DNA of 64,000 nucleotides from an uncultured Actinomycetes bacterium (GCA_963755025.1 CAVWIH010000021.1:1-64000), one strand, 5' to 3'. Shown: positions 1-9,426, numbered from the stretch's first letter. Made by a program: numbers and translations. Notes: generated from the letters alone by a model not told the origin.

Positions 1-1
1 C

Positions 2-466
2 TCTTCCTGCGTGAGCTACGCCAAAGCGACGGTGCGCAGCCTGCTGGGCACGGTCAGTCTGGTCGAGAAGGCGATGTGGGCCGTGACCGTGCTCTTTGCC
101 TTGGCTGCGATCCTGCTCACCTCGACCACCGTGCGTCTGTCGATCTTCGCCCGCCGCCGCGAGATCGAGATCATGCAGCTGGTCGGGGCGACCGACTGGT
201 TCATCCGCTGGCCGTTCGCACTCGAGGGGTTCATCACCGGCCTGATCGGTTCGCTGATCGCCGCGCTGGCCGTGTGGGGCGCCAACTGGGCGGTCGACGA
301 CTGGATCCACCAGGCAAAGCTCGACTTCCTGAGCCCGGTCCGCTACCCGCTCTTCGCACAGGCCGGTTCCTGGCCGCTGGGGCTGCTTCCCACGCTGGTG
401 CTCTGCGGCGCCGTGCTGGGGGCGCTGGGCAGCACGCTGGCACTGCGTCGCTACCTGCACGTCTGA
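2..466 (+). CDS. ftsX: Cell division permease FtsX, C-terminal part (5' truncated by window)
   Basis: TVRLSIFARRREIEIMQLVGATDWFIRWPFALEG is the FtsX signature. Confidence 0.9.
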   Translation, partial: SSCVSYAKATVRSLLGTVSLVEKAMWAVTVLFALAAILLTSTTVRLSIFARRREIEIMQLVGATDWFIRWPFALEGFITGLIGSLIAALAVWGANWAVDDWIHQAKLDFLSPVRYPLFAQAGSWPLGLLPTLVLCGAVLGALGSTLALRRYLHV

Positions 467-524
467 AAGCCCGGGGCGAACTGAGCGAACAGCCGGAGGG
501 CAAACCCAAAGAGAGGAGCTTCGT

Positions 525-893
525 GTGGCCGAGATCGAGCTCACCGCTGATACCCTGCTCGTCCATGTCAAGGGCGCCGACCGCATCTTTGCGCTGAAGA
601 GCGAGCTTGCCATCCCGCTCGAACACGTGCTGGGGGCCGCCAGAGACGAAGAGGAGGCGCGGCACTGGTACCACGGCGTACGGGCTCCCGGGACCAGCGT
701 ACCGGGCGTGATCACGGCGGGCACGTTCCACCAGAACGGCGAGCGCGTCTTCTGGGACGTCCACCATCCAGAGCGCGCGGTAGCGTTAAGTCTGCGCGAC
801 GAGACCTACGCCAAGCTCGTTGTCGAGGTGGAAGACCCGGACGCGACGATCCTCGCGATCGAGGCGGCGTTGGGCAGCCGCCGGCTCTCCTGA
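525..893 (+). CDS. Conserved hypothetical protein (RAPGT-x-PG motif)
   Basis: AGGAG RBS before GTG, 122 aa, high-GC codon pattern. Confidence 0.75.
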   Translation: MAEIELTADTLLVHVKGADRIFALKSELAIPLEHVLGAARDEEEARHWYHGVRAPGTSVPGVITAGTFHQNGERVFWDVHHPERAVALSLRDETYAKLVVEVEDPDATILAIEAALGSRRLS

Positions 894-916
894 GGCAGGG
901 ACGAGTTCGCCCGCGA

Positions 917-1063
917 TCAATCCCCGTGGGGCACGAACACCACCGCTGCGATCCTCATCGCCGCCTCCTCCTGCATCGCCGGGATGGCATGCGAATAGGT
1001 GTCGAGAGTGATCGCGACGGTGGCGTGGCCGAGACGCTCGCTGACGACAGGCCACACGCCAGT
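917..1063 (-). pseudogene. Tyrosine integrase C-terminal remnant
   Basis: VVSERLGHATVAITLDTYSHAIPAMQEEAA is the box II LGH...Y motif; the rest of the gene is absent. Confidence 0.85.
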
Positions 1064-1083
1064 GATAGCGCAGCGTTGCAAGC

Positions 1084-2007
1084 TCAGACCTGCGCGAGCC
1101 AGCCCTCGAAGTCGGGGTGCGCGGCGTTGGCGCAAAAACGCGCGATGCGGTCCGTACCGTACGCATAGAAGTCGAACCGGAGTCTGGAGACCTTGTACTG
1201 GATCATGGCCCAGATGCTCCACCATAGGTCGACGACCAGCTTGTAGAGCATCATGCGGGCATAACGGTGCTCCTCCACGCTCCCGCAGTAGGTGGTGAGC
1301 GCAGACCTCTCCTCGTCGTCTGTGAGCGCATGCTCGACGCAGAAGTCGCCCAGGTCGAAGTAGGGGTCGTTCATGCCGCCATGCTCCCAGTCGAGCACCC
1401 ACAGGCGGCCCGCGGGCGTGAGGATGAAGTTCTCGGAGAGCAGGTTGTTGTGGCAGGCCACGGGCGCAGGCTCGTCGCGCTGCATCGCCTTTTCGATGCG
1501 CTGTCCGACCCAGACCATCCATTCGGTCTCGTGCGGCTGTGGAGCGCCGACCTCGCGCGCCCTGCGCGTATAGTCGCGGATCATGTCGAAGACCCTGATC
1601 TCGTTGCCGAAGACGGACCCGTCGTGGCATGCCCTCACCGCCTCGACGATGAGACGCTGGCGCTCAGGATGGCCGGCGATCGTTTTGGAGTGCATGGTCT
1701 CGCCGACGACGAAGGGTACGATCGTGCAGTAGCCGGGCTGGATCAGGTGAAGCACCGGAGGGGCCACGCCGACGGCCGCCGCGGCTGCGCGGTTTCGTTG
1801 CTCGGACTCGCGGTCGATGAAGCTGTCGGTACCCTCGCCGGGGATGCGCAATACGAACTCACCGACGCCCGGCTGGCCGGCCTCGCCGGCGACCGTGACG
1901 AGGTAGTTGCGGTTGGTGAGGGCGCCGTCCAGCACCTGATAGCGCACCTCGCGATTGTGCCACTCGTCGATCTGGGCGATCACTTGATCGGGCGTCATGT
2001 CACTCAT
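1084..2007 (-). CDS. Choline/ethanolamine kinase-like phosphotransferase
   Basis: GALTNRNY, VLRIPG, CHNNL..ENF, LDWEHGG motifs; GAGGGG RBS before ATG 2007. Confidence 0.85.
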   Translation of the reverse strand: MSDMTPDQVIAQIDEWHNREVRYQVLDGALTNRNYLVTVAGEAGQPGVGEFVLRIPGEGTDSFIDRESEQRNRAAAAAVGVAPPVLHLIQPGYCTIVPFVVGETMHSKTIAGHPERQRLIVEAVRACHDGSVFGNEIRVFDMIRDYTRRAREVGAPQPHETEWMVWVGQRIEKAMQRDEPAPVACHNNLLSENFILTPAGRLWVLDWEHGGMNDPYFDLGDFCVEHALTDDEERSALTTYCGSVEEHRYARMMLYKLVVDLWWSIWAMIQYKVSRLRFDFYAYGTDRIARFCANAAHPDFEGWLAQV

Positions 2008-2154
2008 GTTCGTGTTCCCCTCGTCGCTTTCTTCACTGTACGTGCTTTCGCCGGCCCAGGCCGTGTTCACCACATGCTCTGAACGTTTCGTGGCGTGGAC
2101 GGCTGGTACGGAACCGACGCCACCCCTTTGGGGTGCACGCCAGTCACCTGTACC

Positions 2155-3492
2155 ATGACGTCCATGTCACTCCATGAACCGACATCCGCCGACGTCGCCG
2201 CAGCACAGCGGGTACTCGCCTGGTCCTTAACGAGGCTTGCCGATCGCGAGGCGGTCTTGCCACCAGCAGCGCCCGCGACGCTGCCCGAGCTGAGCGCGCA
2301 AGGCATCGGCATCCAGGCCGCCGTCGAGCTGCTGCTCGGCGTCGTGTTGCCCACCGCCGTGCCGCCCGATCACCCTCGCTACCTGGCCTTCATCCCCGGG
2401 GCGCCTACGGTCGCCTCAGCGATCGCCGACATGGCCCTCTCGGCGGCGATGGTCTACGGCGGCAGCCGTGCGGAGGCCGGCCTGGCCGCCGACGCCGAGG
2501 ACGCCGTGATCCGCTGGCTTGCCGACGTGGTGGGGTTTCCGGACAGCGCCGGGGGCACCTTTGTGAGCGGCGGTTCGATCGCCACGCTGAGCGCCTTGGT
2601 GGCCGCCCGCGGGGAACGCTGCGCCAGCGCCCGCCGACAGGTCATCGTCGCCGGCTCCTCGGCGCACGCCTCGGTTATGGCGGCAGCACGCATCATGGGC
2701 TGCGAGTGCGTCACGGCGCCCCCGGCCGATGCCTACGGCCGCCTCACCCCCGAGACCCTCAGAGTCGCCCTCGACGGTCGCGACCCCGACGATATCGTGG
2801 CCGTCGTCGCCACCGCGGGGGCGACCAACAACGGTGCCGTCGACGACCTCGCCGGCCTGGCTGCCCTGTGCCAGAAGCGCGGCATCTGGCTGCACGTCGA
2901 CGGCGCCTATGGCGGCGCGGCCCTGCTGGCCCCCCGGGTTCGCCCGCTGTTTGCCGGCATCGAGCGAGCCGACTCCTTCATCGTCGATCCGCACAAGTGG
3001 CTCTATGCGCCGTTTGACTGTGCCGCTGTGCTCTACCGCGACGCCGCAGTGGCGCGGCCGGCGCACACCCAGGAGGCCGACTACCTCGACTGGCTCTCCG
3101 GTACGGCCGGCGACAACCCCTCGGACCTTGCCATCCACCTCACGCGCCGCATTCGCGGCGTGCCACTGTGGGTCTCGCTGCAGGCCTACGGCTGGGGCGC
3201 CTACGCTGAGGCCGTCGAGTGCTGCTTTGCGATCGCCGCCTACGCCGCCGAGCAGGTCGCCCTGCACCCGCGGCTTGAGCTCGTGCTCGAGCCGGCTCTC
3301 ACTGTGCTGCTCGTGCGTCGTTGCGGCTGGAATGCAGCCGACTACGACGCCTGGTCGGCACAGGCGCTGCAGCGTGGCCTGGCCTTCGCGGTTCCCACCA
3401 GGCACGACGGCGAGACCGTGCTGCGCTTGTGTTTCATCAACCCGCTGACGAGCCGCGACGACGTCGACCTCGTGCTCGACGATCTGGGCTGA
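2155..3492 (+). CDS. Group II PLP-dependent amino acid decarboxylase
   Basis: HPRYLAFIP, GTFVSGGS, WLHVDGAYGG, DPHKWL (PLP lysine); start approximate. Confidence 0.9.
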   Translation: MTSMSLHEPTSADVAAAQRVLAWSLTRLADREAVLPPAAPATLPELSAQGIGIQAAVELLLGVVLPTAVPPDHPRYLAFIPGAPTVASAIADMALSAAMVYGGSRAEAGLAADAEDAVIRWLADVVGFPDSAGGTFVSGGSIATLSALVAARGERCASARRQVIVAGSSAHASVMAAARIMGCECVTAPPADAYGRLTPETLRVALDGRDPDDIVAVVATAGATNNGAVDDLAGLAALCQKRGIWLHVDGAYGGAALLAPRVRPLFAGIERADSFIVDPHKWLYAPFDCAAVLYRDAAVARPAHTQEADYLDWLSGTAGDNPSDLAIHLTRRIRGVPLWVSLQAYGWGAYAEAVECCFAIAAYAAEQVALHPRLELVLEPALTVLLVRRCGWNAADYDAWSAQALQRGLAFAVPTRHDGETVLRLCFINPLTSRDDVDLVLDDLG

Positions 3493-3610
3493 CGGGTCCG
3501 CCCAAGAGGCCAATGCACTACCAGCGGCCCGCCGCCTGCTGGCTCAGGCGACGGGCCGTGATCATCTTCTTCCGTTTGCGCTAGATCGTGGTCGTGTGCG
3601 AGCGCGTCCG

Positions 3611-3751
3611 TGTCCACGGATTTGTCCACGGGACCCGCTGAAACTGGCGCTCTGCGAGTGCGACAGGTGATAACGGCCGTGGACAAAATGTGGCCGCTTT
3701 GCAGGGGTTAAGTGAGATTCTGGCCGAGTGGCTGCGACGCCTGATAACGGC
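3611..3751. repeat. att/arm-site-like repeat cluster
   Basis: TGTCCACGG at 3611 and 3623, inverted CCGTGGACA at 3677; TGCGAC-nnn-TGATAACGGC at 3659 and 3733. Confidence 0.55.
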
Positions 3752-4403
3752 GCCCGTCGGTGTACTCGTCCCACTCGAGGCCCGCGCGGCGCAACGCGAC
3801 CACCCTCAATCGCTGACCCGCCCGCGTACCCTTGTTGGGCGGCAGCCCGCCGAGCAGCGCCACGAACGCCCCGTACGGATACACCTCGATCACCGCCGGC
3901 GGTCCTCCCAGCATGCCGGGCATGACGGCCTGCTCGGGGGTCTCGAAGCCGGCGCGCCGCAACCGGCGAAAGTAGTCAAAGCCTGCGCCCATCCAGTCGG
4001 GCAGGCGGGCTTCGCCCGACGCGACCGCATCTTTCGAGGGGACCGGATACAGCCTGATGCGGCGAGCGAGAAGCTCGCGGTCGCAGGCCCGCTGCCACGT
4101 CGCCGTCGCCGCCGCCTTGCCGCCGCGCGCCGGCGTGCCCGCAGGCCGCCGCCGCGGGCTCTTGAAGTCTTGTGGCGCGTCGATGCCGACCACGGCCGGC
4201 TCGTGCCGCCCGATCCACGCCATCAACGCGTCGACCTGGTCCGGCCGGCGATGATCGGCTTCCATCCATTCGATGACGGTCCCGACCACGCCCGAGCCGG
4301 AGCCGCCGCCGCGGCCCGGTCGGCGCGCCATGCGCACCGCCACCGCCGTGCTCGGCCGTACCGCCGCCACATCGATGCCTATGACCACGTTCGTATCGGT
4401 CAT
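3708..4403 (-). CDS. DUF429 family (RNase H-fold predicted nuclease), apparently C-terminally truncated
   Basis: GIDVA, GIDAP, R.CDREL, IEVYP motifs; the expected terminal D..DA motif is missing. Confidence 0.75.
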   Translation of the reverse strand: MTDTNVVIGIDVAAVRPSTAVAVRMARRPGRGGGSGSGVVGTVIEWMEADHRRPDQVDALMAWIGRHEPAVVGIDAPQDFKSPRRRPAGTPARGGKAAATATWQRACDRELLARRIRLYPVPSKDAVASGEARLPDWMGAGFDYFRRLRRAGFETPEQAVMPGMLGGPPAVIEVYPYGAFVALLGGLPPNKGTRAGQRLRVVALRRAGLEWDEYTDGRRYQASQPLGQNLT

Positions 4404-4561
4404 GCGTCGATTCTACCGCGCGCCGGCGTCGGCGCCGCGCGGCGGCCCATCTGCCGAAGCGCATCCGATAGACTGATCGACGACGCGCCGGACGGCCGTC
4501 GTCGATCAACGGCGGCCGTCCCCTCTGCCTTCACCCTCGTCGTCGGACTCGGAGGTGCTTC

Positions 4562-6032
4562 GTGAAACGGCCCCATCACGCCGGACGGACACGCAGCGGA
4601 GGCCTGTCACTCAACGTCTTCACCCCCGCCGAGATCGACGACATCCACGTGGCCACGCTCGAGGTCCTCGAGCGCACGGGGGTCTTCGTCGAAGACGACG
4701 AGCCGCTCGACATATTGAGCGACGGCGGCTGCCGGGTCGACCGCGACGCGCGGATCGTGCGCATGCCGGCGCACGTCGTGGCCGACGCCCTGGCCGCCTG
4801 CCCGCCCGCCATCAGGTACTGCGGTCGCACGCCCGACCGCGACTTCGTGGTCGAGCCGGGCCGCGTGACCTTCACCAATTTCGACGAGGGCATCAAGTAC
4901 ATCGATCCCTACTCCGGCGAGTACCGCGACCCCACCATCGCCGACGTCGCCGACATCGCCCGCCTGGTCGACGCCATGAGCGACATCGACGGCTACGAGT
5001 CGGCCGTCGGGGCCACCGATGTGCCCACCGAGACCTACGCCCTGCACGGCCTCGAGGCGGCCCTCAACAACACCACCAAACCGGTGGGCTGCGAGGCCAT
5101 CGACAAGTGGGAAGCACGCAAGTGCATCGAGCTGGCGGCCATCGTCGCCGGCGGCGAAGACAAGCTGCGCGAGCGGCCCTTCCTGGGCCTCGGGGTCTGC
5201 CCGGTGAGCCCGCTCAAGCTGCCGCGCGACGCCACCGAGGTGATCATCGAGTGCTCGCGGGCCGGCCTGCCCGACACCATCCTCTCGATGGCCATGTCCG
5301 GCGGCTCGGCGCCGGTCACGCTGGCCGGCACGCTCGTGCAGCACAACGCCGAGGTCCTGTCGGGCATCGTGCTGGCGCAGCTCACCGAGCGCGGCTCGCC
5401 GATCATCTACGGCTCTTCCACCACCGCCATGGACCTGCGTTACGCGTCGGCGTCGGTGGGCTCGCCCGAGCTCGCCCTGATCGGCGCCGCCGTCGCCCAG
5501 CTCGCCCGGCAGTACCGGCTGCCCAGCTACATCGCCGGTGCGTAGGGCGATTCCAAGCTCGGTGACGCCCAGAGCGGTCACGAGAAGACCCTCACCGGAC
5601 TGACGGTGGCGCTGGCAGGGGCCAGCATCATCTACGGCGCGGGGATGATCGAGTCGGGAGTCACCTTCGATTGCGCGCAACTCGTCATGGACAACGAGTT
5701 CGCGCAGATGATCAAGTTCGTGGTCAACGGCATCGACGATCGACGACGAGCGCCTCATGGTCGACGAGATCCACAAAGTGGGCGCCTTCGGCGACTTCCT
5801 GAGCCTCGACAGCACCTACCGGCACATGCGCGAGCAGTCACAGCCCAGGCTGCTCGACCGCCGCGTGCGCGAGGAGTGGCAGGGCGACGGCGCGACCGAC
5901 CTGTACGCGCGCTCCCTCGCCAAGGCGCGCGAGATCCTCGAGCATCACGTGCCCGAGCCGCTCGACGCCGACATCGTCGAAGAAATGCGCGCCTTCGTGC
6001 TCAAGGCTGACCGGGAGAGGGGCGTCGGCTAG
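4562..6032 (+). CDS. mttB: Trimethylamine:corrinoid methyltransferase MttB with in-frame amber (pyrrolysine) codon at 5543-5545; extra +1 frameshift near 5738
   Basis: [26 protein letters not shown]...[10 protein letters not shown]...QLVMDNE continues in frame past TAG; GGAGGT RBS; C-terminus ...[12 protein letters not shown]...HHVPEPLD in shifted frame. Confidence 0.93.
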
Positions 6033-6049
6033 CCGCGCCGTCGCGTGGA

Positions 6050-6186
6050 GCAGCGGCTCGGGGCGCGCAGCGGCTCGCGGCGCGCAGCGGCTCGGGGCGC
6101 GCAGCGGCTCGGGGCGCGCAGCGGCTCGGGGCGCAGCGGCTCGGGGCGCAGCGGCTCGGGAGCGCGCAGCGGCTCGACGCGCAGCG
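6050..6186. repeat. Tandem repeat, ~15-18 bp unit GCAGCGGCTCGGGGCGC, about 8 copies
   Basis: Directly visible between convergent mttB and cupin genes. Confidence 0.9.
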
Positions 6187-6212
6187 CTGAAGGCGCGGCG
6201 ACCCGCGGCCGC

Positions 6213-7148
6213 CTAGAGCCCTTCGCCGTCCCAGTAGTCGAGCTTCTCGATGCGCCCGATCAGGCCGGCGAAGCCGAAGCTGATCTTGTTGGAGCGCGGG
6301 TAGTAGCACATGTCGTCGGCGATGCGGTCGCCGTAGGCCAGATACGTGATGCCGGCGGCGCCGGCGCGGATGGCGTGGGCCACGCCGCTGCCGGGCGGGC
6401 GCACGACGATGCTGCCCACGCGCAGGGGGTGCTCCTCGTCGCCGAGCAGGCAGGCGCCGTCGCCGTCGAGCACGACGAAGGCCTCTTCTTCGGCGCTGTG
6501 CACGTGGGGCGGGCAGCCGATCCTGCCGGCCGCGACCGTGACGAGCTGCGCGCCGCAGGTTTTGGCCCCGGCGGCGCTGCCCAGGTCGCGCCGCAGGCGG
6601 TCGGTGTCGCCCACCGCCTTGGCCTGCACGGCGACGTCGCGGGCGTTGACGATATGGCGGGGCCGCGCGCTGGGCGCGGCCGGCAGCGGCAGCTCACCGG
6701 CAGCGACCTCGCGCGCCCACGGATGCTCGCCGTCGCCGGCGGTCGTCCAGGTGTCTCCTATCCAGGCCACGCCGGCGCGCGGCAGGTAGCCCACCTCGGC
6801 GTGGACGTCGGGGCCCATGATCAGCACGTCGAGACCCTCGACCCCGGCGATCAGGGTGTGCGCGCGCGAGTGCGGCAGGTGGTCGATGAAGTCGCCGTGA
6901 CCGATGGCGAAGGTCTCGCCGCCCTGCCAGCTCAGGCCGGCGCCGCCGAGCACGTAGACGAGCTCCTCTTCGACGGCGTGCCCGTGCACGGGCGTCGCGA
7001 GCCGGCCGGGGTCGATGCGCACGCGCCGGAGCCCCGACTTCGTCGCTCCGGCGCCGACCCCCAGATCGGTCCACTCGGCGGCCAACGGTCCCCAGTCGGC
7101 GCGCCGGCGCGGACAGTCGTCCCAGTGCACGATCCCGTCTGTCGTCAT
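6213..7148 (-). CDS. Two-domain cupin protein
   Basis: Two H.H..EEE...VL.G motifs (PVHGHAVEEE, PPHVHSAEEE); ends LDYWDGE. Confidence 0.85.
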   Translation of the reverse strand: MTTDGIVHWDDCPRRRADWGPLAAEWTDLGVGAGATKSGLRRVRIDPGRLATPVHGHAVEEELVYVLGGAGLSWQGGETFAIGHGDFIDHLPHSRAHTLIAGVEGLDVLIMGPDVHAEVGYLPRAGVAWIGDTWTTAGDGEHPWAREVAAGELPLPAAPSARPRHIVNARDVAVQAKAVGDTDRLRRDLGSAAGAKTCGAQLVTVAAGRIGCPPHVHSAEEEAFVVLDGDGACLLGDEEHPLRVGSIVVRPPGSGVAHAIRAGAAGITYLAYGDRIADDMCYYPRSNKISFGFAGLIGRIEKLDYWDGEGL

Positions 7149-7488
7149 GGTCGCTCCTTTCGACAGCGCATAGCCTACCGCGCGCCGCGCAAACGGTGTT
7201 GCGATACCACCATCGGGGCATCACCGACCTTGCCCATACCGCTGAGCCGGACACCTGGAGAGGGTGGCATCGCCGGCCCTGCGGCACGGCCCTTGGACCC
7301 CCAAGGTGTGTGCGACGGTTGGCCGGACCGGCGCCACAGGCGGCGGTCGCTCGTAAGGCGGCCGCTCAGCCAAGGAGAATGGGGCGGGTGGCTCTGAGCC
7401 ACTCGCCCCATTCGCGTTCTCGCTGTCCGGCCGGCCCGGCGGCCCTCACGTTCGTCGCGCCGCGGCGACCGGGTCTCGGCGACCCGCT

Positions 7489-9108
7489 CTACTTGACGGT
7501 CAGTGTGTTCGTGCCGATCCTGGTCTGCTTGTTGCCGGCCGGGTCGGTGGCCGTGGCGTGCACCGTGTACGTGCCCACCGCGAGGTTGCAGACGAACTTG
7601 GCCTCGTGGAGGGCGCTCGTCGTGACCTTGCCGACCACGAGCACCTTGACGACCTCGCTCTTGGCGTTCAGGACGCGGACGGTGACCATTGCGCTATGGG
7701 CGAGATTGTCGGTCACGCGATAGCCGATTGACGCCGTCGCACCCCTGGTCACCGTCACGGCCAAGGGCACGCGGACGCTGGGGCCGACGGTATCGAGCGT
7801 GATCGAGGCGAAGATCGTCGGCGAGGGCGCGCCGCTCAGGGCGGCGTAGGTCACGCTGATCGTCTTCAGGCCGTCGCCCGCCGTCAGATACCAGGGCGAC
7901 TTGCTCGGCCAGTAAGGCTCGGCCTTGCCCGCCGGCGCGCCGGCCCCGACGTTGGCCAGCGTCATCTGCGTGACCACACCAGTCTTGCCCTGGGCGAACA
8001 GCTTGAGGCTCGCGGTCTTGTCGCGCGTCCAGGCCGTGCCGCCGTCGATCGCGAGGCGCGCGTTCCAGGGCGTCAGCGTAGCCGTCCACAGATCGGCCAT
8101 GCCGCCGGTGCGCTTGTCGGCCCACACGACCCGGTAGTCGGAGATGGTCGGCTGGCTCTGGGACGCCGCCAGCGCGACGACCTTGAAGGGCTGCTGCAGC
8201 GACAGGTCGTAGCCCCGCACGTCGAGCCCTGTCGTGGTGGAGCGCGCGTCGTTCCACACGACGAGGTCCTGGTCGACCGCGGGCGAACCCTGGTCGCCGG
8301 CCGCCGTACAGACCGGGAACTCGCGGCTCGTGAGCAGGTCGTAGCCGTAGATGTCGGCGCCCGAGGTGGCGGCATTGCGGGCGTCGCGCCAGACCACGGT
8401 GTTGCCGGCGATGGCCGGCTGGTCCTGGATCGCGTCGTCTATGCAGATCGGGAACGTGTAGCCGTCGACGTAGCCCATGATGTCTTCGTCGCCGTACCGT
8501 TCGTCGACCCACACCACCGTGTCGCCCGAGACGTCGGGCTCGATCTGGTCGTGCGACTCGTCGCAGATCGGCGTGGCCGCCGAGACGGTGTCGGTCGCGG
8601 GATCGATAGTCGCGCCGTAGATGTCCCAGTTGCCGTTGCGGTCGTCCTGCCAGACGACCCAGTCACCCGAGATCCGTGGCGCCACCTGCTGCGCGGCGTC
8701 GGTGCAGATGGCGAGCGACTTGCCGGTGGTCATGTCGTAGCCGTCGATGTCGGCGTCGCCGTTGTGGTGGTCCTCCCAGACGATCAGCACGTGGTTGTCG
8801 GGCTGGCCGGGGTCGGTGTCGCTGACGCGCGGCCGGATCTGGTCGCCGGGGGCGGTGAGGGCCGTGACCTTGCCGGGCAACGTGCCGGATGCCCCGTCGC
8901 CGTAGTACACGTTCCAGTCGTCGCCGTTCAGCTCTTGCCAGACGAGGTTCGTGCCCGACAGGTCGGGGGCGATCTCGGCGGTCTTGTCGGCGGTGACGGC
9001 AGAGGTCGCTGTGACCTGCGTCGCGCGCGCCGTAGCGACGGCGAACACGGCCGCCGCCAGGAACACGCAGGACGCAACAACGAGAGCGATCGTGAGCTTG
9101 GCCTTCAT
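7489..9108 (-). CDS. Secreted beta-propeller repeat surface protein with C-terminal Ig-like domains
   Basis: Signal peptide; about 6 repeats of Q..P.ISG..VVW.D.R....DIYGYD. Confidence 0.8.
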   Translation of the reverse strand: MKAKLTIALVVASCVFLAAAVFAVATARATQVTATSAVTADKTAEIAPDLSGTNLVWQELNGDDWNVYYGDGASGTLPGKVTALTAPGDQIRPRVSDTDPGQPDNHVLIVWEDHHNGDADIDGYDMTTGKSLAICTDAAQQVAPRISGDWVVWQDDRNGNWDIYGATIDPATDTVSAATPICDESHDQIEPDVSGDTVVWVDERYGDEDIMGYVDGYTFPICIDDAIQDQPAIAGNTVVWRDARNAATSGADIYGYDLLTSREFPVCTAAGDQGSPAVDQDLVVWNDARSTTTGLDVRGYDLSLQQPFKVVALAASQSQPTISDYRVVWADKRTGGMADLWTATLTPWNARLAIDGGTAWTRDKTASLKLFAQGKTGVVTQMTLANVGAGAPAGKAEPYWPSKSPWYLTAGDGLKTISVTYAALSGAPSPTIFASITLDTVGPSVRVPLAVTVTRGATASIGYRVTDNLAHSAMVTVRVLNAKSEVVKVLVVGKVTTSALHEAKFVCNLAVGTYTVHATATDPAGNKQTRIGTNTLTVK

Positions 9109-9284
9109 GGCCCCTCCTCCAGAAGGTCGCTTGGCCGGGTGGCGCCCTATTCTATAGCGCTAGGAGCGCGACCATGCGAGGGGGGCTCGGGAGACCGCCT
9201 GCAGGTCGGGCTCGCCGGGTCGCAACCTGTTGGGCCTCGCGGTATTCTGAGTAGCGAGGCAATCGAATCCTCGGAGGGCTCGCC

Positions 9285-9426
9285 ATGGGGAAGACCATCC
9301 GCCAGCTTTGCTATGCCGTCGTCGTGCTCGCCGTGGGCCTCGTCTGGCTCTACCTGCCGTCGTTTGCGTTCTCGAAGGCGATGCCGCCGCGCCCGCCCGC
9401 TACCGTCGCAGGCCGAGGCGTTGTAA
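9285..9426 (+). CDS. Possible small membrane/secreted peptide (probably frameshifted)
   Basis: GGAGGG RBS, MGKTIRQLCYAVVVLAVGLVWLYLP hydrophobic segment. Confidence 0.35.

Noticed and set aside
3611-3685. DnaA boxes / oriC
   Set aside because: Only three mismatched TTGTCCACA-like boxes, no dnaA/dnaN, and no AT-rich unwinding element.
3721-3760. tRNA (TGGCCGAGTGG D-arm-like)
   Set aside because: No T-arm or acceptor stem; no tRNA-Pyl (CTCTAAA anticodon loop) was recognised anywhere in the window.
6050-6186. Repeat array as CRISPR
   Set aside because: Units are contiguous with no unique spacers, and there are no cas genes.
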